From contig OX597831.1 of assembly GCA_951406725.2 (NCBI GenBank), positions 52,452,001-52,516,000 of the forward strand: 64,000 nt of DNA. The letters are read 5' to 3'. Of this stretch, positions 40,506 through 54,449 are shown piece by piece. The notes under the pieces were generated by a model, which was given only the letters and a program-made list of their open reading frames with translations, made no database searches and was not told the DNA's origin. The translations under genes were made by a program, and so were the position numbers. The first letter of the stretch is position 1, and each line of letters begins with the position of its first letter. Origin of the DNA: Octopus vulgaris (lineage: Eukaryota).

Positions 40506-41419
40506 AAATTAGATAACTGTCCCCTGTTGTGTATATTATATCGTCTGTCTCCTGTCGTCCGCTGTCTGTCATTTGACCTCTATCGTCTGTCGCCTGCTAA
40601 TTTTCCATCATAACGCAATGTCAACCGTTCTAAGCATAGAAAAACAAAAACAAAGGCTAAAAAAAAACAGAAAAAGAAACTAAAAATAGTAAAATAAATA
40701 CAACAAATAAATGTTCCTCTCCTCTTTAATATTTGATTCATAAAATAAATAAACAAATTCTGAATAACGATTTTATTGATCCTTTATTGCCGACATCATC
40801 GATCCAGTATTACCGACATTATCGATCCTTTATTGCCGACATTATCTGTTATCTATTTTATTTATTTAGTTATTTGATATGTTTTTATTTTCATTTTTGT
40901 TTCTTTTCTCTCCTAATTCAATAGTACTGTCTATTATATAAACCAATAGTGTTTGTTGCCTTACACGAAGTCCATTTAAGAGATGTCACCGTGCTGTCCC
41001 TTGATCGATAATAGCTAGTATTTCTTCATAACAACATCGATTATGAGTTAACCACAGAAAGCATTTTCGTGGTCACTCGACCTGCTAAAAGTAGCTGTCA
41101 AATTTCCTTCTAATAACACTCCTTAATGATTTACAAAAAGAAAGACACAAATATGATTATGCAGTCGTTGATACGCTATATCTGAAATAGAAGACGGCAT
41201 AGTCACGACTATCATAAGTTTTCTGTTCAATCGGGTCTGGCCTGGAGCTAAACAAAAGCAACAATAACAGCAACAGTCAGTGGTAGGTTTTCCGTCGGTC
41301 TCGACGATGATCGTTCATTTGATATATGAAACGAATTCTTATACGTGAAATTAACATGTAAGCAGTTGAGTTTTTCAACAGACATGTCAACTTTGACCTT
41401 GAAGCTGCACCAATAGATT

Positions 41420-41472
<53 letters not shown>

Positions 41473-41834
41473 AAACAATGTTGTACTGCTTACTTTATCA
41501 ACTTCGAAAACAAAATGAAACGACACTATGCCTGAAAAAAAAAAAAGAAAAACGACGGAATGACTTGAACACGGAACTGGAATAAACGCCATATGATACT
41601 CTACCCGACACTCTAACGATTCTGCCTACTTGGTTCCTTTGCTAAAACCAATTTTGTTGCCTTAGATGAAGTCCATTGAAGAGATGTCACTGTAGTGTCA
41701 CTTGGTCGATAACAACATCGATTAGTCGTGTCTTTCATCTTTGAAACGGACAAACACAAAGAGATTAGATAAAATAAATAGTTTTCTTACACAGGCACCG
41801 AGCCAAATATTTCTTTCTCTCTCTTTTTTTTTTA

Positions 41835-41881
<47 letters not shown>

Positions 41882-42649
41882 GTTGTTGTATTTCTTGTTG
41901 TTTGTTTGTATCTTTTGTTTTGTTTGTTTGTTGTTTATTGTTCAGAAGAAAGAAAATAGGAAGCTACTGTGTCCATTCTTTCGTCAAGGACAGACATTAG
42001 AGAACGATATAAGCGAGATGAAAATGGCTGCAGCGAGGAAATAAATACAGGGTCGAAGAGAACACGGTTAAGCTACAACGCACACTCGCACAAATAACAC
42101 ATGCATAATATACATACACATAGCATACATACATGAGTACACATACACACAGTAGTACACATACGTAACATATATAATACACACACATCATACACTTATA
42201 ATACACATACTACACGTACACACATAACACATACATAACTCTCGCTCTCTCTTTCGCACACTCACACATACAAAGCACATCACACAGCTCAACGAATGAG
42301 CTTGAGCCAGCAAGTAAACCTCTATAGTGGTCGGCCGGTTGGTCCGTTAGAAATAACAGCCAAATAACCCTCAACCCACATACTACAGTAGCGGTTCTCA
42401 AACCGAATAACACAATCCTTATCTTACCTCTCCATTAAAGAGAAAACAAAATGGTGTTTGTAACGGATCTAATTCGTATCTCTCTGCTAATGCGTTAGAC
42501 AAGTTTAAAGAGCTTAAAACCATGTTAATTTTATTAAGTATGGCAATTCGTCTTTCTTCTTTTTAACCCAAACACGCGCTCCACCCATGAAAATCACTAA
42601 TTTACAGTTTTAAATTAGACTTAGGTATCCCAGAAGTCTTTGTACTCAT

Positions 42650-42810
42650 AACTTTCTTAAGCCTTTCGCACCGTAGACGACTTTTTCCAACTGTTCTCGT
42701 CTCTGGGCTTTCTTTTCTATTTCTCTTCAATTGGATCCCTGCTTTTGCAGCTTCGCTGCAGTTTCCCGACTCCAACTATTTTTAGGGCGTCATGTTTCCC
42801 TAAGGGAAGG
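42650..42810 (-). mobile_element. RTE-clade LINE 3' relic (a probable 5'UTR piece lies at ~43190-43340)
   Basis: Minus strand reads RPKNSWSRETAAKLQKQGSN*REIEKKAQRREQLEKVV, matching RTE GRPKxTWxR...WxExxxxAQDRxxW. Confidence 0.6.
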
Positions 42811-42840
42811 CCTTCTTATATCAGGTCTTGTTGGGTTTGA

Positions 42841-43141
42841 ATTATTTACATTTGACGGATATTTGTCCTCATCTTGTTTGTTGTTAACACAACGTTTCGG
42901 CTGATAAACCCTCCATCCTTCATCAGGTATCTTGGAGAAATTTCGAACCTGGGGTCTCATTCCTAAGGTATTTTTTCGATGTTGTTGTTGTTGTTCAGAT
43001 CACTGCTTGGAATCGAACTCGGAATCTTGGGGTTAGTAGCCTGCGCTCTTAACCTCCGCGTCATATGCCCGTGGGCATATCCGTCAAATGTAAATAATGT
43101 AAATAATGTACATAATTCCTCATCTCTTAAATATAGAACTG
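42841..43141 (-). mobile_element. tRNA-headed, hammerhead-containing short element with inverted partial second copy
   Basis: Minus strand: tRNA-like head 43070-42995 (GGTTAAGAGCGCAGGCTACTAACCCC..GAGTTCGATTCC), then (AAC)n, then the hammerhead at 42931-42886. Palindromic junction ATATGCCC-GT-GGGCATAT. 22-bp inverted ends ATTATTTACATTTGACGGATAT. Possible TSD GG(G/A)TTTGAATT. Confidence 0.7.
42886..42931 (-). ncRNA. minimal type-I hammerhead ribozyme motif
   Basis: GATAC-CTGATGA-A-GGATG-GAGGGTTTAT-CAGCC-GAAAC-GTT-GTGTT. Intact CUGAUGA and GAAA core, stem I 5 bp with GU pairs, stem II 4/5 paired, palindromic stem III AACGTT. Confidence 0.7.
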
Positions 43142-44029
43142 GATTTGAATTGTCGTCGATGCTTCTATAACTTTACTTTTTTTTATATAGGTTGGGGTGT
43201 TGGCCCTACGCAAACCTATTCTTTTACCACTGGAAAGAGTTAGTCCGTATTAGTCTGGCTTCTATCCTTTGTCCAACATGGAAGGTCTTACCACGATTTT
43301 GCTCCCCACTGGCATAGCTCTCGGAGTCAGTGAATCACCAAAGTCAAATCTGCCTTTCATTCTTCAAGTTTGATAAAATAAAGTAGCAGTGAAGTACAGG
43401 GTACGATACTCAAATTCATCCTAGATGTAAACAGAATTATAATGAGATGGAAGTGAAGAAAACTATTCTTTCTCTATTGCCTTATTTTTTTAGACAGTAG
43501 GGCTTGATTTGAAGAGGATTGGTTGATATTTCTAGCAGGCTGAATAAGAACATGGAATCAATGATATTCTGACCTTTAAGCTTTCTGTCAATTGACATCT
43601 TTAGAATATGTAGGCCTCTTCTTTCATTCTCTGTAGTCTCTTACGCTACAGTGGCATCAAGCCTTCTTGGGACAAAATCATTTCTATGAAAATAAGGCTT
43701 CGTTGGCGTGTCTCAGTCTTTTGTAAATTCAAACTGATACACAATGCTTTTTTTTTTATGTCTATCATCTTTTCTTTTTTCCTTCGTTAAACCCTCTCAT
43801 CATAACTCGGAACGTAACGGCAGACGAAATACTGCTAAGCATTTCGCCCGGCGTGCTAACGTTTCTGCCAGCTTGATTTATTTATATTTTTGTGAATTTG
43901 TAATGTCATCTTTATATTATATCCATCCGTCCATCTGACCCCAATCAGATTGTATTTTCCCTTTCCATTGTGGGAAATAAATAAAAAATCACACGATATT
44001 TGTGTCTGTCATTATAGACACACATTATT

Positions 44030-44270
44030 TTTCATACAGAAAATTGCAAATTTTCTCAACCAACTCTGATGTTCTGGTGTCCCTCTCCCTCCCACAACTC
44101 TCATCATACCTCAACTCCTCTCAGTCGTCCTTGAATCTCTTGTGCCAGCGAAAAAGTTTATCCGTAGCAATCAGGAGCATTTCATGTTTTTCGGTAGCGT
44201 TTTTGCTCAATTTATCACAAAACTCCATTGCATACCAAGCTTCCAAACGTCCCAACTGCAAACTAGTCAG
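44030..44270 (-). pseudogene. mariner transposase N-terminal (HTH) relic
   Basis: YAMEFCDKLSKNATEKHEML..FRWHKRFKDD*EELRYDESCGRERDTRTSELVEKI, cf. the mariner pattern IKFCxKLGKxATE...WHKRFKEGRE..DDxRxGR. Confidence 0.7.
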
Positions 44271-45126
44271 ATGTGACAGGCAGTGTTAAGCAGGATGTAT
44301 TCAGAGTGCTAGTACAACTGTCTCCTTCAGCCTGGTGTATCAAAAGTTGGTAGGTCAGCTAATTAAATGTATAGTACTAATATACTAAAATTAAAATAAT
44401 GTACGACAACTATAACTGCCTCTCCTAAAAACAATCACAGAATATTTAAGATGCACCTCGCATAGCTACTTAAAAAATGACGTGGCACGTATCAGCGATG
44501 AACAGACGAAAAAAAAAAGAATGTTGTTGCCGTTGCAGCGGTGATTTCGTTTGTAAGAAAATAAACGTTTTAAAACATGTTCCTGCTTCTCAGCATTTCT
44601 GAACCCAGCGCAGTAATTTCAGAACGTCTAAAGTGTTTAACGCTGAAATATCAGCTATATGCACAATCAATTATGGGAAATGAGTGAGGGTTAATTGTTT
44701 AATACAGAACGTTATTGTATGGTTTCGTTAATTCATTTATCTTTTATAAGCAGTAATTCTAGCGGAAGACCCCGGTATTTCACACGTGTGTGTATGTGTG
44801 TTCGCGCACTCAGGGGTGGTTAAGCGTAGAAGTTGGTGTGTAAAGAAGACACATTTTTCCTGTGTCCTTATATACATTAACGAAGGGGAGACAAATACCC
44901 CCAGCCGCCCGGGCTGCATCTAGGGACACGTTTTTCAGGATGATTGTCCTTCGTCAAAGCCATCAGGAGGCGTCGATGCTTCCTAGGGCTAAACAGCGGT
45001 GGTGTACCCCCTACTGTCACGTTCGTGTTAGATTGACAGTATACAACCATTCTATCGCCCCACCACCGCACATGTCTCTACGAGAGATTTAGAAATTTAG
45101 TATTTCTGATATATATATATATGTAT

Positions 45127-45224
<98 letters not shown>

Positions 45225-45479
45225 ATATATATATGTATCTATATGTTTGTGTCTGTGTTTTGTTCCCCCCACCGTCGCTTGACAACCGATGTTGGTGTGT
45301 TTACGCCCCTTACGTAACTTAGCGGTTCAGCAAAAGATACCGATAGAATGAGTACTAGGCTTACAAATAATAAGTCCTGGAATCGATTTGTTGGATTAAA
45401 AGCAGTGTGCTCCAGCATGGCCGCAGTCAAATATGACGGAAACAAGTAAAAGAATGAAAGAATGAAAGAATACATATAC

Positions 45480-45521
<42 letters not shown>

Positions 45522-45629
45522 ATACATATATATATGCAGTACGTATATATATCGATACAGGTCTTTCTTTAGTATATTTACTCAGAAGACACTCGGAAGA
45601 GCAATTCAGTGAATCTTCAGCTCGCACGC

Positions 45630-45704
<75 letters not shown>

Positions 45705-45942
45705 CGCGCACACACGCACATGCATAGTTCGTTAGTTATAAAATAAATGAAGCTCCAAATTACCTCACAATGGTCTGGTCTCCATGCAATTAATCTATTA
45801 AAATAATCGATTGTCTATCTTCCTTAACTCACCCTACAACACGCTAATGTTCTCATGTAAGAATAACTTTTTGCTTCTCCACCAATTTATGGTTAGTATG
45901 ACATGGCAGTCCATACCTGTGCTATATATATATATATATATA

Positions 45943-46351
45943 TATAGGCGCAGGAGTGGTTGTGATAAGTTGCTTGCTTACCAACCACATGGTTCCAGGT
46001 TCAGTCCTACTGCATGGCACCTTGGGCAAGTGTCTTCTACTATAGCCTCGGGCCGACCAAAGCCTTGTGAGTTGACTTTGTAGACGGAAACTGAAAGACG
46101 CCCGTCGTATATATGTATATATATATGTGTGTGTGTGTGTGTGTATGTGTGTTTGTCCCTCTTGCATTGTTTGACAACCGATGTTGGTGTGTTTATGTCC
46201 CCGTCACTTAGCGGTTCGGCAAAAGCAACCGATAGAATAAGTACTTGGCTTACAAAGAATAATTCCCGGGGTCGATGAGCACGACTAAAGGCGGTGCTCC
46301 AGCATGGCCGCAGTCAAATGACTCAAGCAAGTAAAAGAGTAAAAGAGTAAA

Positions 46352-46353
<2 letters not shown>
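45943..46353 (+). mobile_element. SINE group A, young full-length copy (a further 3' half lies at 45240-45470)
   Basis: Near-identical to 26192-26598; flanked by (TA)n. Confidence 0.9.
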
Positions 46354-46398
<45 letters not shown>

Positions 46399-46432
46399 CA
46401 TACATACATACATACATACATACATACATACA

Positions 46433-46465
<33 letters not shown>

Positions 46466-46466
46466 G

Positions 46467-46500
<34 letters not shown>

Positions 46501-47027
46501 TGTATGTATGTATGTATGTTGTCAACAATGATCTATGGAACCTTGATTAAGCTGATAAGACTCAATGAAATCTCGTTAAAACTATTGGACAAATAATTAT
46601 ATGTTTCAGTACATTTTTAATTTAACCATATCCACCAGAAAAGATTTTTTTTTTTTAAAAAAACCTAATCAGAAATTATAATTAAAAATGTAATTAACTT
46701 TAACTTATTAAAATAAGATTAGGTTGGGTTGTATATTCAACTGATGTTACTGAAATAATGAGTTTATACCATTTTGCATCGACGTTGCAGTAAACACTGC
46801 TGAGATTCCTTCGTATCAGGGTATAAGCTGAGACGCGAATACGGCGGCGTGGTAAAGATGTTTGTCTCAGAATTCTCTGGCAAAACTAGCATAGACTATA
46901 ATGGATCTACTATAGTTCTTTTTATACCGTTGTTTACATACAAACATGCATGCATACACACATACATACATGCATGCATACATGCATACGTACATACATA
47001 CATATCATATATATATATAAATATATA

Positions 47028-47522
47028 TACATCAATAAAATGTAAACATAATATACCTGACATAGTGATTTGGGACAGAGAAATGAAACTGTGTACAGTA
47101 GTTTAAATTAGCTATTATGTTTACATTTTAATAAATAATGCGAAACTTACAAATCTTGTACCCTGACTATCAATTCTCATTTGTATCATAGGTACATTAG
47201 GTTATGTACCAACAAATTTATACAAAAACCTAGAAATTCTAGGTTTTTCGAAGAAAGCAAAATAAACTGACGCAGATTCTCCAAATCCACTCTGTTAGCG
47301 ACACAGTGAAGATTTGTAAGACATTCGAAAAATTCTCCAGCTGAGATTCTTTAGGTGAACAGATACACACATTTAGATGTATGCATCTCCAATTCAACCA
47401 ACACACCAGTTCAACCACATATTTACAGACACCGGGAACTCTCTTAACCCCAAAAGTTGTGTCGTTTGTTAGCAACCGGCTTGAACTGTCTTAAGAAGAA
47501 CTTAAATAGAACTCAAAGAAAA
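47028..47522 (+). mobile_element. REL-endonuclease LINE 3' fragment
   Basis: KCKHNIPDIVIWDREMKLCTVV..RNLQILYPDY..IGTLGYVP..TVKICKTFEKFSS*, then a UTR and (CATA)n. Confidence 0.8.
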
Positions 47523-47561
47523 AACATACATACGTACATACATACATACATACATACAAAT

Positions 47562-47592
<31 letters not shown>

Positions 47593-47677
47593 CATACATA
47601 CATACATACATACATACATACATACATACATACATACATACATACATACATACGTACGTACATGCATGCATGCATCT

Positions 47678-48141
47678 GTCAAGCATAAAAGACAGGATAT
47701 TGTTGTTTGGGACAGATAAGAAAAAGTATGTACCATCATAGAAGTCAGCTGTGCTGCTGATGTGAAAATCAAAGAGAAAGAAGATAACCATGGACAGCTT
47801 TTTCGAAACCTCAAGCTTCAATTTCCGGATTACAAATTTACATTTTTAACAATGATAATTGGCGCATTTGGTTTTGAAAGTAAATGCCTAACTGTCAGTC
47901 TGGATAAGCTTTGGATTTCCAGAAAAAGAAAAAAAAAAAAAAAAGAAAAAATCAACCAACTGACTCGCACATTACAAATACTTTCTGTAAGTGGAACAGT
48001 AAAATTGTGCAAGACTTTTGTCAGGTTTAAAATGTGACATTGTTTTCGTTATCTACATTCCAAAGATGAAGCTTTGTATCTTTGTTAGAAACCAGTTACT
48101 TCTTCGAAGGAAGAATTTAAATAATTAAAAACAGAAGTGTA
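47678..48141 (+). mobile_element. REL-endonuclease LINE 3' fragment
   Basis: KHKRQDIVVWDR*EKVCTIIEVSCAAD..IIGAFG..LQILSVSGTVKLCKTFVRFKM*. UTR homologous to 31795-31900. (CATA)n on both sides. Confidence 0.8.
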
Positions 48142-48197
48142 ACATACATACATACATACATACATACATACATACATACATACATACATACATACAT

Positions 48198-49028
<831 letters not shown>

Positions 49029-49134
49029 AATACATGCATACATACATACATACATATATACATACATACATACATACATACATACATAGATACGTACGTA
49101 CATACATACATACATACATACATACATACGTACG

Positions 49135-49165
<31 letters not shown>

Positions 49166-49633
49166 GTACATACGTACATACATACATACATACATACATA
49201 CGTACGTACGTACGTACGTACATACATACGTACATACATACGTACGTACGTACATACATACATACATACATACATACATACATACATACATACATACATA
49301 CATACATACATACATACATACATACATACATACATACATACATGAGTGTCTTACCTTGTCAGACGATAACCGTCTCTCTCATTCAGCCTGATTGTTCTGA
49401 TTTTCTTTCATCCTTGCCTGTGCGCAGGTATGACTTTTTAGTTGCGCATCCATCGTCATTGGGTATTACAAAATACAAAACGAATCAAGAAATGAAATAG
49501 CAATGAAACATCCGTACATCACTGGATTTAAGTGACAAAAACTAGAGCAACATTTTTGGTCCTCATCCTAGATTCCAGTGACGAGCATTGTAAGAGGACT
49601 GGTACTTTTCTGACTGCAATTTTTATATACAAA

Positions 49634-50147
49634 CTAGCAGTATCGCCCGGCGTTGCTCGGGTTTGTAAGGGAAATAACTATATAAGCATTTTTAGAGAGT
49701 TACTTCCTTTATAGATGCCAATTCGGACTTTCTTAGCCATTTCTGTTTTGGTGTCTTCAAGCCATGAAGTCGTTGTTCTAAAAGAACGCTGGTCTCCTTG
49801 ACAACGCTTTACGACGTTGATTTCCTTACACTCCCATCCTCACAGTTTCACGAGGGAGGGAAGAAGGGGGAGAAGCAACACAGGTGCAGGTGTGACCATG
49901 GACGCCAACTCCGCCGCCATCGACACACGAAAAAATATGCATTAAAATGGAATAAAAAATGATGTTAAATTATTTTTAAAATCGTAGACTCATCGTAGAC
50001 GCACGCTAATACCCAGACGGGCTCGATATTAATCACGACTATAAGATACCCGAATTTGGTTAAACTGCATCGCAAAATGTGGGAGTAGTTAGGAATCTAA
50101 ATCGAAGGGGACAGATACTCACACAACTACAGTTTTATATATATAGA
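49634..50147 (-). mobile_element. non-autonomous Helitron
   Basis: Revcomp of 18870-19364 with ~19 extra bp. TC...hairpin-CTAG ends and an A|T site. Confidence 0.88.
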
Positions 50148-50987
50148 TATCTTTCTCCTAGAAGAGCCGCCTTCCACCCAGCTCAGTCAAAAATAACTGG
50201 ACCCTCGTCTACTCTCGGGGAAATCTATTTAACCTATAAATGGGACCCTGATAGATATTACTCTTCCGGTTCCGAACGGAGGTGGGAATAATGGTAATTA
50301 AGGGGTGATTCTTCGTTCCCCACAACTCCAGAATTCCTGAAGTGGGTATGGCATACATACATACATACACACACACGCACATGCATATGTAACATATGGT
50401 ATAATTATAAGCAGAGCAAATTTTAGCTATTTCTCTGCAGACTTAAAAAAAAAAGGATAAACAAACCTTAATCGATTTTCGAAACTCATTGGGTTCTCAA
50501 CAGCGGCGTCCACATCAGTCTCTAGAGAAACTGTCTATATACTGAACACATGCAGCAGTTACTCTATGAAGGAGCCCCTAATTTGCATACCGAAAGTGTT
50601 TAACAGTCTATAAATACCAGCGGCCCGTCAACGGGGATCTTAGTCCACATAGTATCAAGGTATGATATAATAATATGTAACATATGGTATAATTATAAAC
50701 AGGGCAATTTTTGGCCGTTTCTTTGCAGACTAAAAAAATTATGAACAACCTTACATATAAACAACATTAACAGTAATAGTAGTCTCTCCTGGAGATGTGA
50801 TAAATAGATCACATCTCACCTAGAAAGTTACTCCTTTGCTTTCAAGTCTTGCAGATATATACAAACTACCTGAGAGATAGAGAGAACAAGAGAGATAACG
50901 ATGCCTCTAAACTTCTATGTTCTGATAGAATATGTCAATTGTGCCATACTAGTGTAGAAGAAATCACTAATATCATTAGCAGCTGTC

Positions 50988-51342
50988 GTGGAGGCGCAAT
51001 GGCCCAGTGGTTAGGGCAGCGGACTCACGGTCGGAGGATCGTGGTTTCGATTCCCAGACAGGGCGTTGTGTGTGTTTATTGAGCGAAAATACCTAAAGCT
51101 CCACGAGGCTCCTGTTGTACTCTTTCGCTCCAACTGTCTCTCACTCTTTCTTCCTGTTTCTTGTCCCCGACTTCCTGCGCAACCGCTGAGCCTGGATGCG
51201 CATTCATCCATCCGTCGATACTCTCGGTGTCGGGGGTCGACCTGCTTTCTCTTCTGTAGATCTTACGAATAGCAAAGGACCACGTTTCGGACCTCTCCCA
51301 CTAATGGACGAAGACCGCTTCGCTCAACAAACAAACAAACAA
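50988..51342 (+). mobile_element. SINE group C with tail 4, ending in (CAAA)n
   Basis: Group C head; distinct tail; 13-bp TSD AT(T/C)AGCAGCTGTC. Confidence 0.88.
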
Positions 51343-51669
51343 ATCAGCAGCTGTCCAAAAATGTGAGCAAAACCGCCTACAATGCAATATCAAAGGCACA
51401 CCAGAACCAAAATATATTCACACCATTTAAAATCCTGGTAGAACATTTAAATAAAAATAGTGTAACCACAGAGACCAGAAATTGCTGTATGGAACAGGGA
51501 GCAAAAATCCTGCAGTGCTTTAGATATCAGCAATTCAGCGGATACAAACATCTCGCCAAACATTAAGGGAAAAATAAACATCTATGGAAAAGTGATGAGA
51601 AACATACAACTCTACGCCATAGATTTTTTATTAGTTTCTATTCTTTTAAGTGTATTGGTTTATGTATGA

Positions 51670-51998
51670 AAACGCGTGTCTTAGTGGTTTGACTATTCGG
51701 CTCACGATCGCAGGTTGTGAGTTCAATTCCCTGCGACGCGTTGTGTCCTTGAACAAAATACTTTATTTCACGTTACTCCAGTCCACTCAGTTGGCAAAAA
51801 TTAGTACCTGTATTTCAAACGGCCAGCTTTGTCACAGTCTATGTCACAGTCTGTGTCTCGCTGAATCTCCCTAAGAACTACGTTAGGGGTACACGTGCCT
51901 GTGGAGTGCTCAGCCACTTGTATGTTAATTTCACGGGCAGGCTGTTCCGTTGATTGGATCAACTGGAACCCTCGTCGTCGTAACTGACGGAATGCCAG
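51670..51998 (+). mobile_element. SINE group D with tail 1
   Basis: Head TTAGTGGTTT..GAGTTCAATTCC and body GTGTCCTTGAACAAAATACTTTATTTCACGTT, then the same tail as 8410-8796 (GGAACCCTCGTCGTCGTAAC). Confidence 0.8.
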
Positions 51999-52228
51999 TG
52001 TAAAAGGCTGGTTTATGTAAGAACAGATCTGCATAAAAACATTGAAATGCTAGGTTTCTCTGAAAAAGAACAGATCAGGCCGATACGCATTTTCCACTGT
52101 AAAAGATTTGCGGTACAGTGAAAATTTGCAAAACATTTCAGCGATTCTCCATTTCAGGTACCTGAGAGATCCCATCCGCAAAGATATAGAGAGTAATGAA
52201 AGGCACGCTTGTATATTAACGTGACGTA

Positions 52229-52446
52229 AAGGGCGGCGAGTTGGTAGAATAGTTAGCACGCCAGGTAAAATGCTTAGAGGTATTTCGTCTTTCTACCCGT
52301 CCTGAGTTCAAATCCCGCCGAGGTCGACTTTTTGCTTTTCATCTTTTCGAGATCGATAAAATAAGTACCGGTTGAGCACTGGGGTCGATGTAACCAATAT
52401 GGCCCCTTCTATAAAATTGCTGGCCTTGTACCAAAATTTGGAACCA
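52229..52446 (+). mobile_element. SINE group B, single unit
   Basis: Group B head and body. Confidence 0.8.
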
Positions 52447-52521
52447 TATGAAAGTGACATGCACATTCACTACACAAGTACAAGTTTATTTACGCACAGA
52501 CATATACACACTTTCACACAC

Positions 52522-52564
<43 letters not shown>

Positions 52565-53088
52565 CCAATCAATTCAGATAACCACAAACCCCAAGAGGTG
52601 CCTTGACTTAAACAAAAGAGCTACTTGAACTCTGCACAGGAAAACTTAAATAAATCCCAAAGACATACATTAATTGATTAATTAACTAATTAATTAATTG
52701 AGTGACTGAATCAGTGATTGATTCACTAACTCATTGATTGATTCATTCATTGATTCATCCATTGATTCATTCATTTATTTGTGTGCAAAATATTGGGTTT
52801 GTGATAGTTCTGCATTTGTATATCGTTTCGTTTAATTTTTATGTATTTTCATAAACAGGATGACCGCAGAAGCATAGCTGACACGCATGAAGAAAAAATA
52901 AAAGAATATTTTATGTATTGTGCATTAATCAAGCATGGCTATGTGGTTAAGAATCTTGCTTTGCAGTCATGTGGTTTCGGATTCAGTCCTCAGTGCGCGG
53001 CACTTCGAGCAAGTGTTTTTCTACGACAACCCTGGACCGGCCAGGCTTTGTGAGCGAATTTGATAAAGGAAAACTATGCATCGTGTTT

Positions 53089-53151
<63 letters not shown>

Positions 53152-53426
53152 TGTATGTATGTATGTATGTATGTATGTATGTATGTATTGTTAAACCTCG
53201 CTAAGATAAATATTTCAATTACCTGAAGATTGACTGTAACCATAACTCGAATTATTACGAATTGGACAGCCATGAAACGATCGTAGTGTTTTACTCATTA
53301 TCTTTTATTAAATTTTTAATACTTTTGATATATATTTAAAATAATATGAATTAATTAATTTTATGTATTGGCTTATGTTTTTCATTGTTTGATTTGCCTA
53401 ATAATGGTTTTATCTCTAATTTAATA

Positions 53427-53479
<53 letters not shown>

Positions 53480-53856
53480 GGTGACCGTAAAATTTAGATG
53501 CATAGGCGAAAGTACATATTTTTAATAATTTTATTCAAGTATATTAATAACACTTTCAACAAGGTCACCTTGTGCGTATGTGTGTGTGTGTGTGTGTGTG
53601 TGTTTGTTTGTGTGTGTGTGTGTGTACGTGTGTGTGTGTGGTTATCCCTACAACACCACTGCTTGACAACTGGTGTTGGTTTGTTTACATCCCCCTAACA
53701 CGAGCGGTTTAGCAAAATAAACCGATAGAAGTAAGTACCAGACATAGCCGTAGCCCAGTGACTGGAGCAAGTAAAAGGTACAAGATCTAAAAATTCCGAC
53801 CGTGAATGCTGAGTTGTTTGATCAATTAAACAACCAGGACAATTGAATAATCTGGT

Positions 53857-54165
53857 CCTCCGTCGGTTACGACGACGATGGTTCCAGTTGATCCAACCAA
53901 CGGAACAGCCTACTCGTGATATTAATGTGCAACTGGCTGAGCACTCCATAGACACGCATAGTTCTCGGGGAGATGCAGCGTAACACACCGAATGTGTCAA
54001 GACTGACCGTTTTGAATTACAGGTACTGTTCATTTTTGTCAACTGAGTGAACTGGATCAACGTGAAATAAAATGTCTTGCTGAAGGACACAACGCGCCGC
54101 TGGGGGTCGAGGTCACAACCTTACGATCGTGAACCGAATAAGCCAACCACTAAACCACGCAATTT
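53857..54165 (-). mobile_element. SINE group D with tail 1
   Basis: Revcomp homologous to 51670-51998. Confidence 0.75.
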
Positions 54166-54449
54166 CACGGATGGTTGAATATTCCGCAGAAACATCTACT
54201 GTTAATGTAATTCTGAGACGGAGTCAGTGTTACGGGTACAATTCATTCAAAGGATTTCCATACAATTTCCATCTACTTAGTTTCACTCAAAAGGTTTGGG
54301 TTGACCCCCCCACCCCACCCCCCAGGGTAAAGAAATTTACATTTGCCAAAATGTCGTATTGCAGAATCGAAATTGGGACCCCATGACAGCGTAGTGACTT
54401 CTTAATACGGACATACTGCGCCCACACATACATGCATGTTCGTCTCTCG

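Larger units (their letters stand above)
50750..52155 (+). mobile_element. REL-endonuclease LINE relic (zinc knuckle to C-terminus), carrying two SINE insertions
   Basis: SLSW..ITSHLESYSFA..IYTNYL..CQLCHTSVEEITNIISSC|SINE|PKM (decayed CCHC) ... DLHKNIEMLGFSEKE..GTVKICKTF. Confidence 0.7.

Noticed and set aside
40953-41724. ~75-bp diverged local direct repeat (40953-41043 and 41655-41724) as LTRs
   Set aside because: Short and diverged, with no TG..CA ends, PBS/PPT or internal coding; probably an old local duplication.
53477-53570. TA-CAGGGTG Tc1/mariner-like terminus
   Set aside because: No matching second TIR or coding remnant was found.
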